A stretch of DNA of 64,000 bases from Diadema antillarum. Taxonomy: Eukaryota. The stretch covers positions 682,001-746,000 of the forward strand of contig NW_027272282.1 of NCBI RefSeq assembly GCF_040938485.1, given 5' to 3'. Below the pieces are notes generated by a model. That model saw only the letters and a list, made by a program, of their open reading frames with translations. It ran no database searches and was not told the origin of the DNA. Every line of letters starts with the position of its first letter. Position 1 is the first letter of the stretch. The position numbers and the translations under genes are program-made. Below, piece after piece: positions 25,001-35,709 of the stretch.

Positions 25001-28000
25001 CAAACTCTATATCATCATTTTATGGGATCATTTAGTGATGTCCTCTGAAAAAGCATTCCTATGAAAGGAATCTACACTAATCGGAGAGTTCACAACAGGA
25101 AAAATAAATCTTTGCACCAGTAAATGAGGAAATAAAGTCACATTCAAACATTCAAACATCCAGACTGCTTAACCATGGAAAGCTATTGGGGCATGCACTT
25201 TGAGCAAACTCAATGAGCTAAAAATCAATTCTTTGATACTACGAAAGCTGCATTTATGTTGTGTTTATGACTTCTGTCAGAACAGTGAGTGCTTATTTTC
25301 CTGTATCATTCCTATCTCTGTACTGTTCTTGCATTCTCCATATCTTATTTTTTCTACCAGATTTTATGAAAATTGATGAAATGAAATAAATGAAAAAAGA
25401 AACACTTACCTTTGTTAGTTGCTCTAATGTGTTGTCTGTTCCTGATGATGTCTTGGAGTGTCGGTTGACAAGTTGGAAGAGATTATGTGTGGCCCTGAAG
25501 AAAGAAACACATATGTATAAAATGCTTTGAATGTTTCAATAGAGCAATTAGAGGATGGTAGGCCAACAGAGACCATAGAAAAGGAATCAGTGTATGGTGA
25601 TAATTCTATCGAAACCAAATCATCGCAATGTCAAGACAGTCTGACACTGAACAAGCAGTGTGTACCAACTCACCAAGCTGCACAGATGGTCGGTGGGAGT
25701 TACATTATGCAGAATTTTAAAAGTTTCAATTGCATGCAAAATCCGCGCAGATATTTCACTCATAATCTATAAAGAAAATGTCTTTACTTGGAAAATCGCC
25801 AGTGGAGCATGCTCCCAATTCATTGGATTCATTTGCTGGCATGCAGTGACGGGATGCAGATAAACAGGTTTATTCCCTGCTCATCACTTGTATACACATG
25901 TGCCAAAGATGATTTCAAAAGTCTTTAGTTCGGGCATATTTCAGTGTCACACTAAACTTTAATGAATGATAAGAAAAACAAGATAACATGAACAGAAATA
26001 AAAACCTCTCAATATACATGAATAGTCCCACATGTTCACATCATTGTCAGAAGAACTCAGGGAACCTGATATCAAAGTTGATAGTTATAGGGGTATTCAT
26101 TGTAATATTCCCTAACTATGGCTGGTTAACAATATCCCACAGTTAAACTATAAAAACTTCAGTGTTTCTTCAAAGCAACCATTCCTTACAACTTGCAAAG
26201 TGTCTAACGGACATGTTTTTCAGACATAGATTTCTACTACGGCTAATGGCCAAACGAATCACAGGCCAGGGATTCTGACATTTACTTACATTTTTATTCT
26301 ACCAAGGAGGAGGGTCTTCTTTGCTGCTGTGTTCTTGATGTGGGTCCATACTGATTCCCTGAGAGTGGAAGAAAGAGCAAGAATAGAATATATAGATTCT
26401 GTGACAGTAGTAATTGTGACATTAAAAGTCTTGCTTACCTTTGGAGTAGTGATTTAAAAATGTTCAAGATATCACTTTTGATGCATATGTGTGGGTCAGT
26501 TGTATCACAACATATCCTACCATAAAAATTTTTGCAATATAGCCTAAAATATAAGGAGATAAGGAGATATCACTATTTTTCTAATTAAACCATAACTGTA
26601 GATGGTTTAGTCTGGAAAAATTTTTATCATAACTATGTTCACATTTTGTATATTTAACAATAGTCAACATCAATCATACTGGTAAAAAATTTTTGCATTG
26701 GTTGTTTCTATGCTTAATTCACATTTCAGAACTATTTTGAAGCCCTATTGCTGGGTTTTTGTTTCATCTGCAAATGATAAATCATGCCTTTAATTGATAA
26801 GTTGTGTACAGCTCACACACTGACAGTATACTCGTGTTGGATGTTCCAATTTGTTTAATACCATACTTCACACTCGAACACACTGCACTATAACCCTGCA
26901 TGAAGCATATAAATGACATCAATATTTGTATGTCTTAGCCTTACATTAAATAATGCTAAATGCTGGTGAAATTATGAATGGCAAATACCAGTTGTATTGC
27001 TCAAACAATGAAATTTATCACCCCAAATAAAAAATGAAGTATAATATAAGATGCTTCAACTCTTGTTGCAGCAGATATTAGGAATATAAAGATTTCCCAA
27101 CACAAGATAATAAAAAGAAAAAAAAATGCAACTGCTGTCACAACAAGTGCTACAGATGCAGGGACTGCCTACCACTGTAACACATACAAACAAAAATAAG
27201 ATGACATGAAAATCTGCCACTGTTGATTCAACAGTTGCTCTCACAAGACAGAAAAATTGCCTACCATTTGACTGCTTCACTCTGTGCCTTGTCCAGCTGG
27301 GTCTGCAACACGGCAAGCTGGTTGTTATAGTGCAGGATCTCGTTGTTCTTCTCCTCAGTGAACTTGCCCAATCTCCCTTTCTCCTTCTCCACCGCGTCCT
27401 GCGTCCTGTTGGCTTTCTCTACAAGATCCTGGGTTCATCAGAGCATCAAAATACAGAGCTTAGAGCAGGGCATTTCTCAAGGACAATAAAGAAGCTGGGG
27501 GAGGGGAGGTCCGAGGAGCAAGATCTTGATAGAGAAGTAACACACCATTGATTGATTTATGTATTGAATGTGCAAAGTGTGCAAATACATATTTCTAACA
27601 GATCATAGTCAAAGATAAACACATAATCACAGAAATGAATACTGATTGTATCATATATTGAATGTGCAAAATATGCAAATACATACAATATATTTCAAAC
27701 AGATCAAAGTCAAAGATAAACACATAAATGCATATATGAATAGGGCTATGCTGTTTGTTATGAATGTAAATATGAAAGTAAAATTTCCTAGTCAAAAGCA
27801 TCATGGCTTTGATTACACAGTGTGTAGAGCACTGCTGTACAGTCAGTGCAAAACATTCTCCTATTGGTCTGTGAAGGAGCACAGATTTTTGAAAGAGAGT
27901 CTCCTTTGAATATAACGGCCTAAACTATGCAAATTAGTATTGCTTTTCTTGCACAGAAATCATCTAACACTCGCGTTATCACATCAGTTTTGTGTGAGAT

Positions 28001-31000
28001 TTGTGCTGAAATACCATTAGAATGTCTGAATTCTGAAGTAGAGACACTTACTATGGAAGATTTTGCAGATCCTCCTCTTCTTCTTTCATTTTACTTCTAA
28101 AGCAAACAGTGATGGGTACATGGGTGCATGCTGTTCTAAGCTAACCCTGGTAACTAGAAAACAGGGTATTCATATCATGTCTTGCAATTGTTTTTCAGCC
28201 TTGGTCATAATGCATACCAATTTTCAAATTTCTCAGCCACAACCATCAAATATACTCATGGTCCACTGGCTGTCACATGAGTGATGCCATGGCAGATCAC
28301 TATGATTCCAAGATTCAACAGCTTCAAAGTCTGCACAGTTCCAGCATAGATAAACATGCTGCCTACAAGAGCACGGTCTAAAACAGTTTGTTTTTTTCCA
28401 AAGAAACCTGCCATCCCCGCAGTAATACCATGGCAACAACCATTATCGCTCTTCTCTTTCTTATCCTGTGAGTTTATGAAGCAACATTTTTTTTTCGAAA
28501 GAAACCTGCCATCCCTTGCCATGGCAACAACCATCATCACTGTTCTCTTCCTCACCCTGTGGGTGGCGACCAGCGTCTCATGGCGGGCGATGACCTCCCT
28601 GATCTCGTGGAACTCTTCGGCCGACTCCAGAGTCCTCTCCAGGAAGCGGTGGAAGAGGCGGTGTTTGTTGAGCCGCTGCAGCAGCCGGTCCTTCTGGTTC
28701 TGTAGCTCTCTCTTCTCTTCAAGCAACCTGCAGGGCAGCGAAACACAACATAGGACATGGATTGGTTACCAATAAAAGGGGGCATTTCACAAAGCTGTTC
28801 TTAAAGTTACGAATGACTTAAGAACGACTGGTGATCAGTTCTCGCGCTGAATCATTTAAATTCTTGCTAAGTATAGCGCATCAGAACTGATCACCAGTCG
28901 TCCTGAAGTCGCTCATAACTTTAAGAACGGCTTTATGAAAAAGCCCCAAGGTTCCCAACTTGATAAGAACTGGAAGGATAAGTTACAAGAAAACTGTAAG
29001 AAGCAGAACGTAATTATCATCATACCTGCCAATAGTTTGAAATAAAGAAAGAGGATACTGCTATAAATCTGTAACAGATATTTGTAGGATACTGTACAAC
29101 CAGAAATGTTCGCATACATTTTGATTTCGCAAATTTCATGAGCCAAGATTTGCAAAATTAGAATGCACGCGAAAGCTCTTCTGCACCATATGCCCTGAAT
29201 GTCAGTGGCAATTCGCGAAAATGTCATGCCACAAAAAAGGCTGCCGGCTCCAATTCATTAAAATTTCATGCCACGAAAATATCTTGCTTCACAGTAGCTT
29301 TAACATATATAGTGTACTCAGTACACAGTGCATACTATATTCAAAGGTTCATATATCAGACATTTTATTTATGATGCAGTGCAGAGGAATTGGCAATAAC
29401 ATAAAGCAGTAGTGCACATTATTAGATTCTTTGTAGTTGTAGAGCAAAATACGGAGACTATGAAAGTTGATGATTTCAAATCTTTATTAAAACATCTGTT
29501 TACCTTGAGATTTCCTTCTCTTTTGATCTCTTCAGATCCTTCTCGTCATGTGCTTTCTTCACTGCCCTGGCTCTCTTTGAATCATTTTCCTGAAATGGGA
29601 AACATGAGGATGAATTTTTAACTAATGTTGATGATCATACAAACAGTATTGTGACAAACTTTTCAAAATTGACAGATACATTGGTCAAACATTAGATCTT
29701 TGTTTTTCCTCCATTAAATTTTGTGTCTTCTCTCCATTTTATTTACAATATGAGAAGGCATATTATGAGATGCATTGCATCATGTTTGTACCGACGATGA
29801 CATTGGCAACATTGCTCTGTCAACGATCTTACATATACATGTATATAAGACAAAATAATGAAGTCATTGGCATTATAGCATATACATTTAGAGTTGATTG
29901 AAAACACACATACTTTGAAAGACTTTTGAAGAAATTCTTGGGTGAAACATGACGTGCACTTTTACAGCCTATTGAAACTGAAATACATGATCATTTTCAA
30001 AATTCTACACAAAGACAAAAAAAAAATCAAACTCATTCAATTACCACATTCATAGAGCAAATAGCATGTCTTCCATGAAATTGACTCTCACAGTATTTCT
30101 CGAGCTTATGAACAGAATTACGGGAAAAAAGTTTAACTGTGAATGTATGCTACAAGATATAATGGAGTGACACGCACCGAATATACAGTCATCCCATCAA
30201 GAACAGACTAGAATCAAGTTCTGCTGCCACAAAACCTTCGGAAATGTACAATATTTGTTTGATGTGACAATTATAACTACTTCAACACTAAAAACAGTGC
30301 TCGAAGCTATTCAGTTTAACCAGTTGCCATGTTACTTGCAACTATGCTTTGAGAAACAGGAGCCTCAAGTCATAGTTCTTGTTTCCTTACCTTGAGGAAT
30401 TTGTCAAACTTGAGGAGTGATTCTTTGAGTTGATATTCCTTGCGTTCCAGCTCCTCTCTCCTCTGTTGCAAACTCTCCATCTTCATTTGGAATTCCTGGT
30501 TGGCATGGAAACAAGGGATAGCATCATATACTGAACTGAGTTGTTCAAAACACAGATAGATAAATGAGCCATCTGGCTGACTGAAATGCTAGTTGTTCAA
30601 ATCATTACCATTTATTGCAACACACGAGAGTAAGACTGAGACATTAATTCTCATTACTGTATATCTCTGTCTACCTCACAGATGAATATTATGTTGTCAA
30701 ACAAAATCTGACTGAGTTTGAATAACCTACATGCACTGTAGGCTACTCACAAAGCACACAATTTTCCATGAACTCACAATTGAATAATTTCCATGTAGGC
30801 TACTACAGATGTTATTGTTTCCCTTTGCAATAGCCATTGAAAGTTGAGCACATGTTTTAGCTTTATGGTCTGCTACGCAACATGACCGAGTAGAAGGAAA
30901 ATCAAGTATTTTGCCTTTTAGCAAAACATTATTTAGAGCCATTGGATAGATCTATCTCCAAAGTTGCTACTGGGGCTTTGATGCCAGAATGCAAATTCTT

Positions 31001-32138
31001 TATGACAGGCAGAATGTACAGTAAATTATAATATCTGGATTGGACCCCTACCTCTTTCTGAGCTGCCAAAGCCTGCTCCACCTCCGACATTTCTCTCCTC
31101 TTCTCCAACAGTCTGGTGGCCGGTGTGAGGTGGTCATCCTCACGCTCTGGCATCTTCCTACAGATACAGCAGAATGGTAATCAGTTTCATATCACTCAAC
31201 AGCAAAATCTGGGCTCTAAAGTTTATGCAATGAAATTGAGCATGAAGGAAGAGGAAATGGATGTTTGTACATTGAACAACCTCGCAGCAAACAGCAATCC
31301 ACTGTGAAAATATACACACAACTACAAGGATAAAATATTGAGGGATGATTGGTATACACTATTCCGGTAATATACATTGTACACAGTACATTTCTTCAGT
31401 GCGCGCATGCAAACCTCAAATACGCGTAGCCAGAACTCCCCAAGTTCATTGACCCTACCTGCCAAAATATTGAAAATCCTTCATAAATTCCCAAAAAATT
31501 CTCGGATCACTACCAAAAGTTAATTGTTTGTTACTTGTGTCATTCTCAACCTATCCTGTAAGTTTCATCCCAATCCATTAACTACTTTATGAGTTATTTT
31601 GCACACGGACCGTAGTTATGGGTAAACTCGGCCTAGCGGGTAAAGTCGCAGTGACTGATATTGTAACGTTAGATCCCATCCCGATCCCTAGCCCAACCAG
31701 ACGCTGTTAGTTGGATGGGGGGTTGGGTGTCCGGACACTTTCGACTCTCGCATACTGACTTGCTTATTTCACTTTGAATACGCATTTACGCACAGCTTCT
31801 CACTGACAACTGTTTACGTAGGCGCGTCATTGTCAAACCAGACGCACTTTACAGTACACGTCCGGTCTCACAACCTGTCTGGACACCCAATGACTGGGTA
31901 TACGCTGTGCGAATACAGCGAATGGGCCTGGGCTGTGTATAGTTACCCGATCCATCCCCTACTTGTACTAACGTTAACTGTTAGACGGGTGTTTACCACA
32001 GAATTCTGTAACTAAATGTTAGAGTTCTGTGGTGTTTACGTGCGTGCGTGATTACCTTATTCAAGGACACGCAAATACTTACACCAAAAGCTTATCCTCG
32101 AACGTTGTTCTGAAGTACTCCTCCAGACTAACCGCCAT
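22066..32138 (-). CDS. CCDC42: Coiled-coil domain-containing protein 42 / CFAP73 family ciliary protein (DUF4200), 9 exons, 312 aa
   Basis: Exons (minus): 32138-32083, 31157-31052, 30495-30391, 29589-29504, 28727-28556, 27428-27265, 26358-26290, 25494-25410, 22161-22066; all GT-AG, 939 nt in frame. Protein: MAVSLEEYFRTTFEDKLLVKMPEREDDHLTPATRLLEKRREM...KESLLKFDKFLKENDSKR...[33 protein letters not shown]...SSNP*. Probably co-orthologous to vertebrate CCDC42 and CFAP73. Confidence 0.93.
22242..22388. mobile_element. MITE with CAG(T/G)GG(C/G)GGATCCAG termini
   Basis: CAGGGGGGGATCCAGA...TCTGGATCCGCCACTG inverted ends; a related left end begins at 63053. Confidence 0.7.
22820..23030. mobile_element. 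TA-flanked ACTGTAAA...TTTACAGT MITE family member with repeated TTCGCGAA motifs
   Basis: TACTGTAAAAC ... GTTTTACAGTA. Related copies at 29090-29296, 37533-37689, 38150-38686, 52209-52377 and 61599-61842. Superfamily not determined. Confidence 0.75.
24275..24548. mobile_element. MITE with 32-bp imperfect TIR (..GAGTCTGGCCAACT)
   Basis: 24275-24306 aligns with the reverse complement of 24517-24548; the inner 14 nt are identical. Confidence 0.55.
28779..28946. mobile_element. Harbinger-like palindromic MITE, same family as 19855
   Basis: GGGGGCATTTCACAAAGCTGTT...GCTTTATGAAAAAGCCCC, with shared internal arms. Confidence 0.75.
29090..29296. mobile_element. ACTGTA-family MITE
   Basis: TACTGTACAACCAGAAATGTTCGC...CTTCACAGTA; close to 52209-52377. 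Confidence 0.7.
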
Positions 32139-32290
32139 CTTTCCTTTATCTTGTCCTTTGTAATAACGAGAAAATTGTCCTAATTCCGATAAGTTTAGTA
32201 GCTTCAACAGCCCGCCGAGCGAACAGAAAAGAGACAGGGCCAGGGCAAAGGTACAGTGCAGGTGCAGGTGCAGGTGGCCGGAAGATTGAT

Positions 32291-32304
32291 GTTGCCTGGG
32301 TTAC
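32291..32304 (-). promoter_or_regulatory. RFX X-box in the CCDC42/CFAP73 promoter
   Basis: Minus strand GTAACC-CA-GGCAAC fits GTNRCC(N0-3)RGYAAC, about 150 bp upstream of the ATG of a ciliary gene. Confidence 0.65.
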
Positions 32305-33135
32305 GTTTCTGCTCGTCAAAAGAGGGCGCGCTGGCCGAAAAGTTATAGGAAACTGAAGTTAGGTACTAAATATCTCGAAGAAGAAAACAATGGCTATGGC
32401 ACGCGCAGGAGAAACAGTACATTGCTATGGTAGCCCCCAAACTTAATTGTCCAAAGTCATAATGTCATCGCAGATTGAGAAATCAAATAAACTGAGAAAT
32501 TATATACAATGTATATGCAGAGGATATTTGTAATTATTGCAAAATTTGATTTAACAAAGTGCATGTGAAAATGAGTAACAGATGAAGAAAACACAGCTGT
32601 ATTTTTGTAATATATAGGCCTACTGGATGCATTTATAGTTAAGGACCCAACAATGGTTTGACAATGATTTTTTTTTTCTTATGTCACCCAAAGTATGGGT
32701 ATTGAACAAACATCGTGCTGAACAGATTGAATGAGTTATTACATATGAATTATATATAATACAGCAAATTGCATGTTATTTACAAAATACTTGGTATACA
32801 GAATGGTGCAGGATCCAAGAGAGTGTTTGCTGAGAGAGAGGGAGAGAGAAGCAGGACAAACAAAACAGTATTAAAATAGCAGGGCATCAACAACACAGAT
32901 AAAAGCAATTTCACTAATATGAAGCAAAATATAACGGGTAAATCGCGTGCAATATTCAACCGCCATTGGTGTCAAATGCACTCTCGAACTCTGGTCGACT
33001 GGACTAGCATATAATTATCATGTCTTACTCTGAAACATTGATAGCGTAACTAAAAGCTATACTATCTCATTGGTTTATGAGGATTATATTGAGGATTGAA
33101 TCATAGTAGCTCATAGACCTATAGCTGCCAAATAC

Positions 33136-34045
33136 CACTGCCGGCGCCACGTTTTCAAAAGTGGGGGCCCACTTCCGGGTTTCATGAGCTAACAAAATAA
33201 AACAAAACCAAAAAATAAAGGCCTTTAGCGCAACTTCTGGTGCCACTTCTAGGTTTCTTCAGCAGACAAGCAAATAAAAAAGAATGTCTTCAGCGCAAAA
33301 ACAAAGCTACACACCTCCGGGGTAAAAAAGCGGGGGCCCAAAGTAGGTGACGCCTTATGTATTCCTTTGTATGGTGCAAAAAAAAAAACATATGCTTATT
33401 TACTTCATGCACTTCTCCTGTGTTTCCTTTCCATTTATTTTTCCTCTCTGCATTCTTTTCATTGTTTTTTTTACTTTTCTTTTTAAATAATGTGGTGACA
33501 CTGGCATATCGAACTGGGCGCCTTCGATGTTTCTACAGATAAATGGCGCTATATGTTGTTTAGCATCATCATCATCTTTCCTTTTCACTGTTTGGTACGG
33601 AGTCTCATAATGTGATAATCTCTTCAGTCTGAAGTGTTCAACACGAAATGAAAAAATAAACACTTGATTTTTTAGTGCCAGTGTGAGGTGGTGGAGTGGT
33701 GCTGGATGTTTATTTTACTGGCATTTGTATCTTCAGTTTCCCGTTTATTGATCGAATTCTTTGTGATTGCTGGTTAGAGGACGTACACGGCGGGCGTCAC
33801 GTTTATAAACTAAGTGCATGGTGCATGTGTGTGTGTGTGTGGGGGGGGGGGCAGTTTTTATTTCTGGTGTCACTTCCGGGTTTCATCAGCTAACACGAAA
33901 AAAAAGGCCTTCAGCGCAACTTCTGCTGCCACTTCAGGGTTTTATCAGAGAACAAGCAAAAAAGAAAAAATGAAAAAGTCTTCTGCTCGCAACTTTCTGA
34001 TTTCACTTTCCGGGTTTCTTCAGCTGACAGACAAACAAAAGTTAA
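33136..34045. repeat. Interspersed repeat family with CAGCGCAACTTCTG.TGCCACTTC.GG.TTTC subunits (two blocks; another remnant near 35350)
   Basis: Subunits recur at 33165-33330 and 33865-34035. Confidence 0.55.
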
Positions 34046-34137
34046 TCTTATAAAAATAAAGTGGTCAACAGGATTGCATAGTTTTGGTTTGTTTGTTGTA
34101 CTGAGTTTTAAAGAAAGAAAGAAGAGAGAGAGAAAAA

Positions 34138-34968
34138 ACCTATGGAACTTGTAAGTTGTACCACTGTAACCTCATTCAAACGAAAACTGAAGCAATATCT
34201 TCTTAGCAGCTACATTGTACGGCATGCACAGTGTATAGTTCTTGTTGCTCTTTACATGTTACCCCTTGTCTATCCCACCTTAGTCCGGCGGGATCCTAAC
34301 CATGAACACTATTTTTGAACAGTCTGCCTGTTGCGCTGTTCATGCACCTACTGTTCCACTCGGTTATCGAAATTCTCGCGCGTGACAGCTGTCGGTTACT
34401 ATGGTCACACGGAATGCTTGGTTTTAGGACCCATGCTGGAATGTTACTCCTGAGCTTTCGGTATTGTTTACATTCACGACAAATCTCATTATCCCACCTT
34501 CTACTTATGTATTTATGACATACAGTTACGCCATTTTCTATACTCTGCAACACACCCCTTGAATCTCTGCAGTTGTTGTTCACTGCTGCAACATTAACTT
34601 TCTGTTTTCTGTATTTTTATTTAGTGACATATATTTAATTGAATTTTTTGTTTTGTTTGTTTTAATCGGTTTCCCCAGATATAGTTGGTCTTAAAAAACA
34701 TCCGTACTTTAAACTTCCCCTAATCTGATTACTCACGGGACCTGCGGCTGTACAAGCTAATGCTTTTACGCAGGCCCCACCATATTTTTTCGCATTATGA
34801 CCACAGTTTAATTCGCATGCATACAGACCTCGTGTTTATACCAAATCAAACTTCTGTACATTCTGATGAAGTCTCATCTAAATCATGTTTTGTATAATTT
34901 TCGTATTTATTTACTTTATTGTGATATATGTGAGAAATATGAAAATAAATTGAAATGAAATGAAAAAA
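34138..34968 (+). mobile_element. 5'-truncated L2/Crack LINE 3' end
   Basis: 'LWN...CTTVTSFKRKLKQYLLSSY' matches the ORF2 C-terminus, followed by a long UTR ending in AATAAATTGAAATGAAATGAAA. Confidence 0.6.
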
Positions 34969-35709
34969 TGGGGCCATATTGCCCCAACAAATTTGTTCGG
35001 TAAAATAATGAGAAACCTCTTAAATATGAAAGAGCATGTAATTCCATGAGGAATTTAACGGTTATTTGATGAAAATTGGTTTTGAAATGGCTGATATATC
35101 CAAAACAGAGCGATTCTAATAAGTGTGGCACCCACACTTTATTACAATCGCTTTGTTTTACCTTGTTTTTAGATGTTTCAGTCATTCCAAACCCGATTTT
35201 CATCAAATAAACTTTGAATTCCTCTTAAAATGGTATGCTATGTACTATTTTCATAAGTGTTTTCTTGGTATCTCGCAAAAAGTTAAAAGCCCAATTCCAA
35301 TCTCCACCATTACTGTACCATCCATTTAACCACATTATTTTTTATTTTTTTCTGGTGCCACTTCCGGGGTAAAAGAAAAAAAAAACTGACAGTGATTACA
35401 GCCTATGTATTTCTATATATTGTGAAAGAAAAGTGGGGCCGACATAATATATGGAAATGGGAAAGACAGTGAGGAAATTCGATTTAATCATGCATGCAAG
35501 ATCCTGCACTCAGTGTAGGATCTGTGATTTAACATCGTTTCTATTTACCGCATTTTAGCCACCATACAAAAGATATCGTGAAGATACCGCTCAAATATCG
35601 GGCCGAGCCATTCATCTTTGCATTCTAGCTGACCGTACCTCCTAAAGGACGTAGAAAAGGTTACATTTCACCCAACTTCGACAAGTGAAACCTGAAAGGT
35701 TTGCCGAAC

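Noticed and set aside
28256-28775. Long ORFs on both strands around CCDC42 exon 5
   Set aside because: Only 28727-28556 is coding; the rest is intron read-through or antisense shadow.
33136-34045. Repeat-spacer-like pattern superficially resembling a CRISPR array
   Set aside because: Eukaryotic context, irregular degenerate units, no constant spacer length and no cas genes.
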